This document shows positions 35,698 to 47,561 of a stretch of DNA of 64,000 nucleotides, one piece after another. Positions within the stretch are counted from its first letter, which is position 1. Each line of letters starts with the position of its first letter. The notes under the pieces were generated by a model. That model made no database searches, was not told the origin of the DNA, and saw only the letters and a program-made list of their open reading frames with translations. This DNA is from Squalus acanthias (Eukaryota). The translations under genes and the position numbers were made by a program. Location of the stretch: contig CM059432.1 in NCBI GenBank assembly GCA_030390025.1, positions 7,688,001 to 7,752,000 of the forward strand. The letters are read 5' to 3'.

Positions 35698-36275
35698 ATT
35701 AGGAACAGGAGAAGGCCATTCAGCCCCTCGTGCCTGTTCCACCATTCAATTAGATCATGGCTGATCTGTATCCTAACTCCATCTACCTGCCTTGGTTCCG
35801 TAACCCTCAATACCCTTGCCTAACAACAATCTATCCATCTCATTTTTGAAATTTTCAATTGACCCCCAGCCTCAACAGCTTTTTGGGGGAGAGAGTTCCA
35901 GGTTCCCACTACCCTTTGTGTGAAGAGGTGCTTCCTGACATCATCCCTGAATGGCCTAGCTCTAATTTTAAGGTTACGCCCCCTTGATCTGGACTCCCGG
36001 CACCAGAAGAAATAGTCTATCTCTATCTACTCTATCAACTCCTTTAATCATCTTGAACAGTTCAATTAGATCACCCCTTAATCTTCTATATTCAAGGGGA
36101 TACAAGGCTACTCTATACAACCTGACCTAATAATTTAACTCTTTCAGCCCCGCTATCATTCCAGTGAATCTGCGCTGCACCCCCTCCAAGGCCAATATAT
36201 CCTTCCTGAGGTGCGGTGCCCAAAACTGAACGCAGTGCTCCAGATGGGGTCTAGCCAGAGCTCCGTACAACTGCA
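35698..36275 (-). mobile_element. CR1 3' fragment
   Basis: Antisense copy related to 8055-8895. Confidence 0.85.
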
Positions 36276-36756
36276 AATAGTTGTATGCGCAAATATTTCA
36301 ACACATACAACAAATAAACATGAATATAATGACAACAGTTCATAATGGGTCAACAAGCCATTGCGAGAAGGCATCGAACTCCTCCATCCCTCCGACAAAC
36401 CGTGGCTGCAGCTCTCGGCGGTGTGTGGTGGAAGGGTTGGGAGAAATAGGCCGGGACCCAGATATGTCAAGTCCCGGACTGACGTCAGAGACTCCACGAG
36501 GCATTGGCCGGGTGTTAAGACCCAATGAGACGATGCGCACCATCAAACGGTGGGTGGGGAACCTCATGTCGCGTCATGCCCAGGATCCCCCAAAGAAACT
36601 CTTTTAATGAGGTCCCCTTTACAAAAAGGGGCACCCCCACGTTCTCTCTGGGTTGCAGTACATCGTTGGACCAGACCAGTACTTTGGAGATCTACTGAAC
36701 TGGATCCGTTACCACTCATTTTACACAACTGCCAAAAGTTAATATCAGCCCTTTAA

Positions 36757-37040
36757 TATAGAATCATAGAATGATACAGCACAGAAGGAGGCCATTCAGC
36801 CCATCGTGCCTGTGCCTGTGCCGGCTCTTTGAAAGAGCTCTCCAATTAGTCCCACCCCCCTGCTCTTTCCCCATAGCGCTGCAAAGTTTTCCCCTTCAAG
36901 TATTTATCCAATTCCCTTTTGAAAGTTACTATTGAATCTGCTTCCACCGCCCTTTCAGGCAGCGCGTTCCAGATCATAACGACTCGCTGTTGTTATTTGC
37001 CAATGATCTTCAATCTCTGTCCTCTGGTTACCGACCCAGT
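36757..37040 (-). mobile_element. CR1 3' fragment
   Basis: Same tail and UTR as 33950-34322. Confidence 0.85.
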
Positions 37041-37539
37041 GAAAGCACTAATATATTAGAGATAGATATAAAATATATAATTCTTGCTCTAAGTACCACT
37101 TGGAAAGATTCCCAATCCCTCACTAGAGAAGTCACTGACCTTGAAAGACGCAGGATTGCTTTGGTTTCGATTTAAATGTCATGAACGATTCACTCTTGGG
37201 CTAATGGAAAACGCAGCCTGTGAGTTGTTGAGCATTCACTTCTGTCAGTTAACCACAAAAACACAGACTTTTGCCTGCTGCTAAAGAACAGCAACGGAAA
37301 ACAGAACATGGAACGGGAAAAGGTCACGACCCGGAATGCTGCAACAACAACAACAACAACAACTGAGAGAGGAGGCCCCTTTCATGGTCGGCAGAAGCCG
37401 TGAGACTAAGTCTCACATCCGGAGGAAAAAGGAGAACAAACTGTGCTATTGGCAGGAGAGGCAACATGCAGAAGACAAGGAGCAAGTGCTAGTGGTAGAC
37501 ACTCCCGGCCTACTCCCCAGGACAACGGTCTGGTTGTGC

Positions 37540-37548
37540 TGTGTTAGC

Positions 37549-37586
<38 letters not shown>

Positions 37587-38013
37587 TGCTTGTAGGTTTA
37601 TAGTCCCACGCCAAAGAAACTTGAGTGCAAAAATCAGGCTGACACTGCAGTGCAGTGCTGAGGGAGTGCTGCACTGTCAGAGGTGCCATTGTTTGGATGA
37701 GACGTTAAACCGAGGCCCCCCGTCTGCTCTCTCAGGTGTATATGAAAGATCCCATGGCACTATTTCGAAAAAGAGCAGGGGAGTTATCCCCGGTGTCCTG
37801 GAGCCAATATTTATCCCTCAATCAGCATCATTAAAACAGATTATCTGGTCATAATCATATTGCTGTTTGTGGGAGCTTGCTGTGCGCAAATTGGCTGCCG
37901 CGTTTCCTACATTACAATAGTGACCACGCTCCAAAAGTACTTCATTGGCTGTAAAGCGCTTTGGGACGTCCGGTGATTGTGAAGACGCTATATAAATGCA
38001 GGTCTTTTTTTTT
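37540..38013 (+). mobile_element. Full-length Deu-SINE
   Basis: Head, core and tail. A partial head follows at 38131-38280. Confidence 0.9.
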
Positions 38014-38447
38014 AGCTGTGCCCTGTAACAGTTGCGAGTATTGCTTAGAGCTGTTGCTCATTGCTATCCGGCAAACGAATAAAGTGCTTAGTAACCTTAG
38101 TGCTAACCACTTTACCAAGCAGCTTGCAAGGTGTCAGCTGGGGGTCAGTGGGTAGGATTCTTTGCCCCTGAGTCAGAAGGTTGTGGGTTGATAATCCCAC
38201 TCCAGAGACGTGAGCACAATAAATCTCGGCTGACACTCCAATGCAGTTGTGAACGAGTGCTGTATTGTCAGAGGTGGTGGGCTAAAAATTCGCATTAGCC
38301 AACCTCATAAATCAGGAGACAAACTCTTAAAAATCATCAGATTTAGTATAGAAATCAGGAGTTGCTATTTTTTTCCCCAACCCCCCGCTGACATCTCTCC
38401 CGGACAGAAAGCGCATTCAGCCGTAAGTAAGCAATTGCTGACATAAG

Positions 38448-38828
38448 GGGAGCAGTAGCATAGTGGTTATGTTACTTGACTAGTAATCCAGAGGCCTGGA
38501 TTAATGATCCAGAAACTGTGAGTTCAAATCCCATCCATGGCAGCTGGGGAATTTAAATTCAATTAAATAAATGGGGAATAAAAAGCTAGTATCAGTAATG
38601 GTGACCATACAACTACTGGATTGTTGTAAAAACCCATCTGGTTCACTAATGTCCTTTAGAGGAAGGAAAGCTGCTGGTCTGACCTCTACGTGACTCCAGA
38701 CCAATGTGGTTGACTCTTAACTGCCCTCTGAAATGGCAGCTCCCCACCACCTTCTCGAGGGCAATTAGTGATGGTCAATAAATGCTGGCCTTGCCAGTGA
38801 CACCCACATCCCAGGAATTTACAAAAAC
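38448..38828 (+). mobile_element. Near-complete SINE family B
   Basis: tRNA-like head (TAGCATAGTGG, GAGTTCAAATCC), body, and LINE-B tail GGGCAATTAG...CACATCCC. Confidence 0.85.
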
Positions 38829-39461
38829 ATGAGTAGGTGGATCAGGGACCCCACTGTCACATCACCCACAGGCCTCTTTCTGTTACACAACCCTCTGAGA
38901 TCTCTGCCAACCTCCAATTGTGGCCTCTTGCACATCCCTGATTTTAATCGCTTCACCATTGACGGCCGCGCTAGGGCCCAGGCTCTGGAATTCCCTTCTC
39001 CTTTAAGATGCTCCTTTTGACCTACGTGACTTTTGGCATCGCTCTTTGTTGATTAAGTAAAACAGCAGCAAATCAGAACTGATGAACAGGGAATATACAA
39101 ATCGAAAGAGACCAAGGTGGCTAGACAAGTACTAATGAGAAACAACTATTCAACAGAGAACGGGCAAAAACTCCAGAATGCCACGTAATGAAAGTGGAAT
39201 TCGACTTATTCACTCGCTGTAACTCGGTGACCCTGCTAGTTGTGTGTTACACGTTATAACAACCCTGTTATAAAATAGGGTATCCTCTGACTCACCGTGA
39301 GGATTACCACAGGAAATCTGCTAGTCTATTTATAGTCCTGTGTTTAGTGCGCGCATGCATAAATCACGAAGTTTTCCGCGCATACACAAATCGGTGTAAT
39401 TTTTTTAAATCCCGAGATTTAGGCGTTCCATCGTGAGTGAAGCTTTATTTCACACTGAAAT

Positions 39462-40060
39462 CTTTTTTTTATTTGTTTGTGGGATGTGGGCGTCACTGGC
39501 AAGGCCAGCATTTATTACCCATCCCTAGTTGCCCTTGAGAAGGTGGTGGTGAGCCGCCTTCTTGAACCGCTGCAGTCCGTGTGGTGAAGGTACTCCCACA
39601 GTGCTGTTAGGCAGAGAGTTCCAGGATTTGTCACAGCGACGATGAAGAATCGGCGATATACTTCCAAGTCAGGATGGTGTGTGACTCGGAGGGGAACTTG
39701 GAGGTGGTGGTGTTCCTATGCACCTGCTGCCCTTGTCCTTCTAGGTGGAAGAGGTCATGGGTTTGGGAGGTGCTGCCGAAGAAGACTTGGCGAGTTGCTG
39801 CAGTGCATCTTGTAGATGGTACACACTGCAGACATGGTACACCGGTGGTGGAGGGAATGGATGTTTAAGGTGGTGGATGGGGTGCCGATCAAGCGGGCTG
39901 CTTTGTCCTGGATGGTGTTGAGCTTCTTGAGTGTTGTTGGAGCTGCACTCATCCAGGCAAGTGGAGAGTATTCCATCACACTACTTACTTGTGCCTTGTA
40001 GATGGTGGTAAGGCTTTGGGGAGTCAGGAGGTGAGACACTCGCTGCAGAATACCCAGCCT
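39462..40060 (-). mobile_element. LINE family B 3' fragment
   Basis: ORF 39755-40102(-) RLGILQRVSHLLTPQSLTTIYKAQV... Confidence 0.88.
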
Positions 40061-40156
40061 CGCGAGAGCTGGTGATTCTAGATTAGGCACAGAAACGGGC
40101 ACGGGGATCGCGATGCATGACCGGCTTGTGCCCGCTCAAAGTAATGCAGGCAGCAC

Positions 40157-41980
40157 ACGACCTTCGTGGGCTGGACAAGGTGGCTCACAATCGCAGGCAG
40201 CAGCAGCTAACTGGCGGAGGGCGGGTAGGCCTGCATGTCCTTACCCAGGTGGAGGAGACGGTGCTCGACATCATTGGAGGGGCCGTCACTGAGGCCGTGG
40301 CGAGCGGCGAGGCTGCAACCATTGAAGAAGACGTTATGCTCCTTCTCACATCCCACTTCCCCCTCATCCCGCAATCTCTTCTCACTTACAAGCTGCTGAT
40401 GGTGTAAGCACGCACTTCTTGCTTTCCCCCACTCCCCGCACCACAACCTGACCCTTGGGCCTTTCTCCTTTCAGATACCCAAGAGCTCCAACCTGGCGAG
40501 CCAGTGCAGGAAGAGCAGAGTGATGGAGAAGAAGACACACTGTCACTCGATCTGACACTCGCAGGCATCAGTTCAGATACTGGCACGGTGCGTACTTTAG
40601 AAGGTAGCTTAGAGGCGGGATCTGTGCTTGGTGAGTCACTGGACATGAGTGGGCTGCAGCCAGGGCAGGGGCAAAGGTCAGCACAGGTGCCAGCTCCCCG
40701 GAGGGTGAGGTCTCACACGAGTTCTGCTGCAGAGGACTCAGGTGAGGACTTTGATCAGGCGGCCTACAGAAGAAGGCTGATGGGCATGCACACAGAAATG
40801 CTTGGTGCATTGGCAGGCCTGCCAGAGAACCTGTTGTCACTGTCAAGGAGCATGGAAGAGTCCGGCAGCAACTTTGCACAGAGCTTGGAGCCCATGATTT
40901 CCAGGATTGAAGTGATGGGTAACTCCATTAGCACACTTGTGGACCCAACCATGATGCAGCGTCTGATGGCCGATGTCTCAGCTTCCATTGCAGCACAAGC
41001 GGAAGCGACCCAACGTCTGAGTGCTGCTTCGGAAGCTCAGTCTGCTCTCATGCAGGCTCAGCTTGCTGCCACGCAAGCTCAGACTGCTGCCATCGTGGCT
41101 GCATTTACCAGTGTTGATAGGGGCTTGCAGGGTGTCACAGCAGTCCGGCAATCTGTCCTCCAGCAGATTACCAGGATTGCTGAGGCGCCGCCCCTGGGGG
41201 AGTGGCAGTGGCTCCGTGGATCACGAACCTACTGTCCTCTCTCAGGATGACAGCATCCGTCCTCCCACCACTGCCACTCCGCCAGTGCCCTTGCTGTTGC
41301 CTGTCGGCCAGCCAGCCCAGACTGCTGCCCCCCGTGCCAAGGTGGTGCAGTCCGCAGCCGGGCCGACTAGGACTAGAGCTGCTCGAGGTCATCCTGGTAA
41401 GGTCATCTGCAGTGTCATAGAAACATAGAAACATAGAATCTAGGAGCAGGAGTAGGCCATTCGGCCCGTCGAGCCTGCTCCACCATTCAATACGATCATG
41501 GCTGATCATCCAAATCCAGTACCCTGTCCCTGCTTTAATCCCCACAGTACACATATCCCACCCTACCCCCGTAACCCCACGTATTTAATTCCCCCTAACA
41601 TATCCCATCCTATCCCCATAACCCCACATATTTAATCCCCCCCTAACACTAAGGGTCAATTTATCATAGCCAAATCAACCTAACCCGCACATTTTTGGAC
41701 TGTGGGAGGAAACCGGAGCACCCGGAGGAAACCCACGCAGACACGGGGAGAATGTGCAAACTCCACACAGACAGTCACCCTAGGTCAGATTCGAACCCGG
41801 GTCCCTGGCGCTGTGAGGTACCAGTGCTAACCACTATGCCACCGTGTCCCCCACTGAAAGTCAGCAGCCTTCCACCAGCTGTGCTGCAGCCACTGGGGTA
41901 GCACTGCGTAGGAGCACTAGGACAGGCAAAGGCACACGCAAGACAGGCACTAAGGGAATGTACAAGGGTGATTATTTGAC
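40157..41980 (+). pseudogene. Harbinger Myb/SANT-like accessory protein gene remnant (spliced, SINE-interrupted)
   Basis: DKVAHNRRQQQLTGGGRVGLHVLTQVEETVLDII, intron acceptor CTCCTTTCAG at ~40474, coiled-coil-like ORF 40504-41250. Confidence 0.7.
41416..41850 (-). mobile_element. HE1/V-SINE-like tRNA-SINE with CR1 3' tail
   Basis: GGCATAGTGGTTAGCACT...GGGTTCGAAT head, V-domain GTGTGGAGTTTGCACATTCTCCCCGTGTCTGCGTGGGTTTCCTCCGGGTGCTCCGGTTTCCTCCCACAGTCC, CR1 UTR and (TTTCTATG)n. Confidence 0.9.
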
Positions 41981-42139
41981 TTTGTTATGTCATATTGGAT
42001 TGATTGATTTATAAATTTGGTTTGGAATGTTTGTTTTGTGGTGGCTTTCATTTCAGCATTGTGGCCAAGAGGACGCTGTGATGGTCCGTGACAGAGGGAT
42101 GGTAAGGTGGGGAAGTGTTGAGCAACGGGGATCTGGGGT

Positions 42140-42990
42140 TTCATTCAGGGGAACCGGAGTCTGATGATGCGCTCACAGACAGTCCGTCCAGAACATGGAT
42201 GTGCCGGCTGCCTCCTCCCTTCCTCCTCTTCCTCCTCCTCCTCCTCCTGAGGTGGTTGTGGAACCTGTGGTGGCAAGGGCTGCGCCCTCATGATGGCCAA
42301 GTTGTGCGGCAGACCACCATGAATTGGGAGACCCGCTCCGGCGAGTACTGGAGGGCTCCTCCCGAGCGGTCAAGGCAGCGGAACCGTTGCTTCAGCAGCC
42401 CGACGATCTGCTCGATGAGGCTCCTCGTGGCTGCATGGCTCCCATTATATGAGTGCTGGCCACCAGTGGTGGGGTTGCGGAGGGGATTCATCAGCCAGGT
42501 GCAGAGTGGATAGCCCTTGTCGCCGAGCAGGCACCCTCGGGTTCGACGTGGTGGCTGGAAGAGTGCTGGCACAGCGAACTGCCACAGGATGAACGCATCA
42601 TGACTGCTGCCAGGATAGCAGGCATTCACCAGCAAGATGTGCTGGGCGTGGTCGCACACCAACTGCACATTAAGTGAGTGGTACCCTTTGCGTTACGGAA
42701 CATCTCACCATTGAGATGCGGCGCGCGCAAAGCCACGTGTGAGCAGTCGATGGCGCCCTGCACCATGGGGAAGCCCGCTATCCTGGCAAAGCCACGAGCA
42801 CACTCCAGAGAGAAGACAATGAAGTCCCCTCTCCTAGTGTACAGAGCCTCTCTGACCTCCCGGGTGCAGCGATGGATGGCGAACTGAAAGATGTTGGCTT
42901 TGCTGCCTGTTCCAACCTGGCGAAAATATTGAGGGCCACGGTCACCTTGAGGGCCACTGGCAGCGCTGTCATCGCCCTGCTCCGAGGCAG
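42140..42990 (-). pseudogene. Harbinger DDE transposase (HARBI1-like) pseudogene, N-terminus deleted
   Basis: TALPVALKVTVALNIF, GFPMVQGAIDCSHVAL, GSSHDAFIL, LLGDKGYP and IEQIVGLLKQRFRCL motifs, with frameshifts. Confidence 0.88.
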
Positions 42991-43159
42991 ATCTACCTAC
43001 TCTGCATACTGCAGGCGCCTGCACATATCGCCTGCACTATCACCCTCACCAAGATGGCGAACAGCGCGGGACACGCGGAAGTGGGCGGAAGCGAGGCGGA
43101 CGCCATCTTTTAAAAAAGGCCAAATGTACCGGTGCTACGGAGGTGAATTTTGTGGCCGG

Positions 43160-43448
43160 TGTTTTTCGGAGGAGATGTTAAACTGAGGTCCTCTCTGCCA
43201 TTTCAGGTGGACATAAAAGATCCAAAGGCTCTATTTTGAAGAAGAGCAGTGAAGGTCTCCTGGCCAATATCACTCAACCAACATCAGTAGATTAGTATTA
43301 TTGTCATTATATCAGATTGTCTGTGGGACCGGGTTTCCTACATTACAACAGTGACTACACTTCAAAAGTACTTCATTGGCTGTAAAGCACTTTGGGACGT
43401 GCTGCGATTATGAAAGGCGCCATAGAAATGCAAGTCTTTCTTTCTTTT
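43160..43448 (+). mobile_element. Deu-SINE 3' part (diverged)
   Basis: Core and tail. Confidence 0.8.
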
Positions 43449-43778
43449 TACCAGTTTCTATGCTGTTGTCTCCATTAGTTAGAACTAGTAATCAAAATGA
43501 ATAATAATCCTACAATCTCAGATTGAACTTAAAGTGATCCCCTTCCTATTACCCTGATCCTGAAGGAGAAAGCCACTACCTCTACTTTTTTGAAGAAATT
43601 TCGCTCTTAGCTATAGACTGAGTCAGACTGGAGCATGGATTGAGATAACAATGAGAACAAAATTCAACATGACAGAAATTTTTTTCAACAATATAACTTC
43701 AACCAGAAACTGTCATCATCCATGAATCAAAATGTGGGAGCTAGATAAACACATGAGAGAGAAATGAATAGAAGGATA

Positions 43779-44150
43779 TAGAAACATAGAAACATAGAAG
43801 ATAGGAGCAGGAGTAGGCCATTCGGCCCCTCGAGCCTGTTCCACCATTTAATGAGATCATGGCTGATCATCCAAATTCAGTACCCTGTCCCTGCTTTCTC
43901 CCCATATCCCTTGATCCCTTTAGCCTTAAGAAATATATCTAACTCCTTCTTGAATATATTTAATGAATTGACCTCAACTGCCTTCTGTGGTAGAGAATTG
44001 CACAGGTTCACCACTCTCTGGGTGAAGAAATTCCTCCTCATCTCAGTCCTAAATGGCTTACCCCTTATCCTTAGACTGTGACCCCTGGTTCTGGACTCCC
44101 CCGCCATCGGGAACAGCCTTCCTGCATCTAGTCTGTCTAGTCCTGTTAGA
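43779..44150 (-). mobile_element. Young CR1 3' fragment inserted into an older CR1 3' end (43735-43778 and 44168-44275)
   Basis: ORF 43877-44107(-) is nearly identical to the C-terminus of the 117-2003 ORF. Confidence 0.9.
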
Positions 44151-44329
44151 TCTGTCTAGTCCAGTTATATGCTGATAGGGTGAGATGAAGTAGGGGTGGG
44201 AGGAGGCTCGTGTGGAGCATAAACACCGGCATGGACCAGTTGGGCCGAATGGCCTGTTTCTGTGCTGTAATTTCTACAAGTTTTCAATGCCTGCTTACAA
44301 TGTGGGAATGAATTACCAACACTCTTGGA

Positions 44330-45295
44330 CTAAACCAATTACCTGGGGGGGCGGGAAGTTGATTAATTTAAGTGGGCCACGTTACACTTTCTACGCACTT
44401 AAAGCCTTCCAACCTGCGGCCTTTAAGTTAGTTCAGAGTTCAAAACTGACACGAGAGGGGTTGAACTCTTTGCCAAACACAACGGGCTGGATTTTATCAA
44501 TGGAGGCGAGCAGGAGGCGGGACTCCCACTTTTTGGGTTGTAGTCCTGCCTCCATCGAGTTGTGGCAACCCACTCGATTTTCCCTTGATTGACCTTGTTG
44601 AGCCCACCCAGTGGGCTCAGCAGGCCAATTAAGGGCCACCCGGCAACAGGTGACGTCACAGAATGACATTTCATCTGTCAAGAGCTTTTGACAGATGAAA
44701 TATCAGCGTTTGACAGCTCTGTGAAGCTGTCAAACACTGACAATCTGTCTCTAAGTTAATTCCTTCCTCTCAGGCTGATTTAGAGATCTCTGACAGCTCA
44801 ACGGCCATTCTGCTTTCTGTGCCGGTGAGATTTCTGACTCCCGAGGCCTGAAGGGCTGACACCTGCAGGAGGAAGTTAAGGTAAGTAAAACTTTTTTCCA
44901 CACTTAGCACTTACCTTACACACTTACCTCTGCACACATGCACCTATCACTCACCTGCCCACCGGACATATCGACCCCTCCAACCCCTGCAGACCCATGG
45001 TCCGCCTCGCTGAAACGGCGTGGTTGGGACCTGTCGGAGAGCCCACATTTCAGGCATAAAAATAGGGATTAGGCAAAAAACTGCCTGTTAACTACCTGTT
45101 AACAGGCAGTTTATTGGCACTAATCCCCTTCCCGCCTCGGGGAGGCGGGTCCCAGCACAGGTCGGGTACCCGCCTCCTGGGAAACTGGCATGGAGACGGG
45201 TTGGGGGCAGGATGGGGTCGGGACCCCCGAATCTGCTATTTTCACACCACTCCCGCCTCCAAACCCGCCTCCACGGGCCGGTGAAAATTGAGCCC
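44330..45295. mobile_element. Harbinger-type non-autonomous element (M2-related right end)
   Basis: The end CCTCCAAACCCGCCTCCACGGG..GAAAATTGAGCCC resembles 22103-22142. Internal hairpins. Left boundary uncertain. Confidence 0.65.
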
Positions 45296-45616
45296 ACCAT
45301 GTCTACAATACTCAGGGGGTTTGTTTATCTCTATTGACTATCACTACCCCTGCAGCCACAACCATGTTTTCTGCCTTATCAGTGAAAGATTGCTTGTTAC
45401 ATTCACCTCCACCTCTGCCATGAGTGCTAAACCTGCAGGTGTCTGGAGTCTGCACCTCCAGGCAAATTCAAATTATGGTAATCGGCAATTGGGACCAAAA
45501 TTGTGAGCTAACTCTTGGCTTTCAAACAGGCCAGTCTTATTAGCACTGCACCCATTTAGCGCCTGATTTCACCCTTTGCCCAAAATAACCCCCCATAGAC
45601 GTACATAAGAGAAGAC

Positions 45617-46030
45617 ATAAGAATTAGGAGCAGGAGATGAATTAGGCCATACGGCCCCTTGAGCCTGCTCCGCCATTCAATAAGATCATGGCTGATCTTC
45701 AACCTCAACTCCACTTTCCTGCCCGATCTCCATATCCCTCGATTCCCCTAGAGTCCAAAAATCTATCGATCTCAGTCTTAAATATACTCAACGATTCAAC
45801 ATCCACAGCCCTTTGGGGCAGAGAATTCCAAAGATTCACAAACCTCAGAGTGAGAAATTCCTCCTCATCTCAGTCTTAAATGGCCGAACCCTTATCCTGA
45901 GACTATGCCTCCTAGTTCTAGACACTCCAGCCAGGGGGAAACAGCCTCTCAGCATTTACCCTGTCAATCCCCCTCAGAATCATCTGGGGCATAGTCTCAG
46001 GCTAAGGGGTCAGCCATTTAAGACTGAGAT
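45617..46030 (-). mobile_element. CR1 3' fragment(s)
   Basis: Antisense UTR and ORF end, with a short sense piece at 45985-46030. Confidence 0.82.
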
Positions 46031-46668
46031 TCTAGAATACCATAAGAGGTCCACTGCAGTCGCAACTTTACGAAATGTGGACTTTTCCCCCCAATATTCA
46101 TCTTCAATTTCCTCTAGGCAATGCAAAACCTTGATTTAATAGATTTGAATTGAGTATTACACTGTATTTCATAGGGTTAATGTTATAAGGACGTGACTGC
46201 TGCCAACGAAATAAATTGGTTACGCGTGCGCAGTTTCAGCGTCTTTTGTCTGAAGATATTACAGTCTCTCTCTTTACAGCCGCGGATTCTCCACATTGCC
46301 CGTCACTAACTCCAGACGCTTCCGGTCCAAATGCAGGTTTATTCTCCGTCCTCTTTCGACAAGTAATGGTTCGGAATAAAGGCCAACTCACAGCGTATAT
46401 TCGAGCTCAATCTTTGCACAAGTAATATCAGATTATGGATTGATCCCTTGTCACAGGAGCTGTGGCGGGAGCTTAACCGGTGCCGAGGCTCCTGGTGGAA
46501 GAAGTCGAACGGTGACAGTGTGCGATTGTGGTCTCGGATTAGAAGTGCATTTCAGGGTTGTAACACAACAGGCGGATTACGGTTAATGAACTGATATTCC
46601 CCAATATGTAGAGATTCGCGTATCTCTGGTAAACAGGATCGAGTGCAAACCAATATCGTGGGTATAAT

Positions 46669-47561
46669 GGGGGAAAAATTCAGTTGGTTGCGCCTCCCGT
46701 TAGCGCCTTAAGAGGGCGCTAATGGGGCGCAAAGCATCTAGCGCCCGGGCGCGGCGTTGTTTGCGCCGCTCGCGAAATTAACGAGACATTTTGCGGCGGC
46801 GCTAAACACTACCGCCACGATCTCCTGCGCCGGCAGATCGTGACGTCAGTCGAGTGCGCAACGCCCCGGTAGCACCCCGGAGCAGATATTGAGTGGCGCC
46901 CCCTGCCTTACCGCCTGCCGCTAGCAACGACAGGTTGAGGGGAGCGTTTTGCAGTCAGGAAGGGACTGGGGGAACGCTATTTAAAGGCGACCGCTTCCTG
47001 CCTTTTATTGTTGGTGCCATTTTTGAAGCACGCATTCTGAGAGAGAGAGAGAGAGACTTCTGGAGAGATTCAACGCTGTGTGAAGGAGTTTTGGGTACTG
47101 AACAGCACTTTGCAGGTTCATTTTGATTTGCCCTTCCTTGTATCGATTTAGAAGAGACTGTGGGGGCTGCACTCTGAGCTCTTTCCCTGGGCCTCTCCAT
47201 TGTTCTTTCCTGCAGATTTGATGTACAGGTCTCTCCAGGCCGAGATTCAAGGCTGCAATGAGCAGGATGTGGATGGAAAGCAAGATCAACCCTCCCCTTT
47301 AAGAACTGGCCCGTGCCATTGTGTGTGTGTTCCATTGCTGACTGACATCACATGAGCTTCGCCAGCGCTCTGAGGTAGCGCCTCGCTCCTCGGCCTTTGC
47401 GCCTTAAGACAGGTGTGAAGCGCCTGATTTAGCGCTCCAATCACCTCCAGGGGCGATAAAAGTCAAGTTTGCAGTTGGAGGCGATAATTAGCACCCGGCG
47501 CTAATCTTTGCGCCCGGCCAATAATTGCGCCCCAACTGGGGCGATACTGAATTTCTCCCCC
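46669..47561. mobile_element. Harbinger-type element M3, inverted copy of 27499-28390
   Basis: Same TIRs and colinear internal sequence. ORFs 46955-47335(-) and 27724-28104(+) are near-identical. Confidence 0.9.

Larger units (their letters stand above)
40060..43158. mobile_element. Decayed PIF/Harbinger transposon with convergent Myb/SANT-like and transposase genes
   Basis: Both gene remnants are present, and the right end AATTTTGTGGCC resembles the MITE TIRs. Confidence 0.85.

Noticed and set aside
37336..37854. 172-aa ORF with polyQ
   Set aside because: The polyQ is a (CAA)n microsatellite and the remainder reads through a SINE
39079..39112. CTGATGA...GAAA possible hammerhead
   Set aside because: No stem II pairing between the boxes
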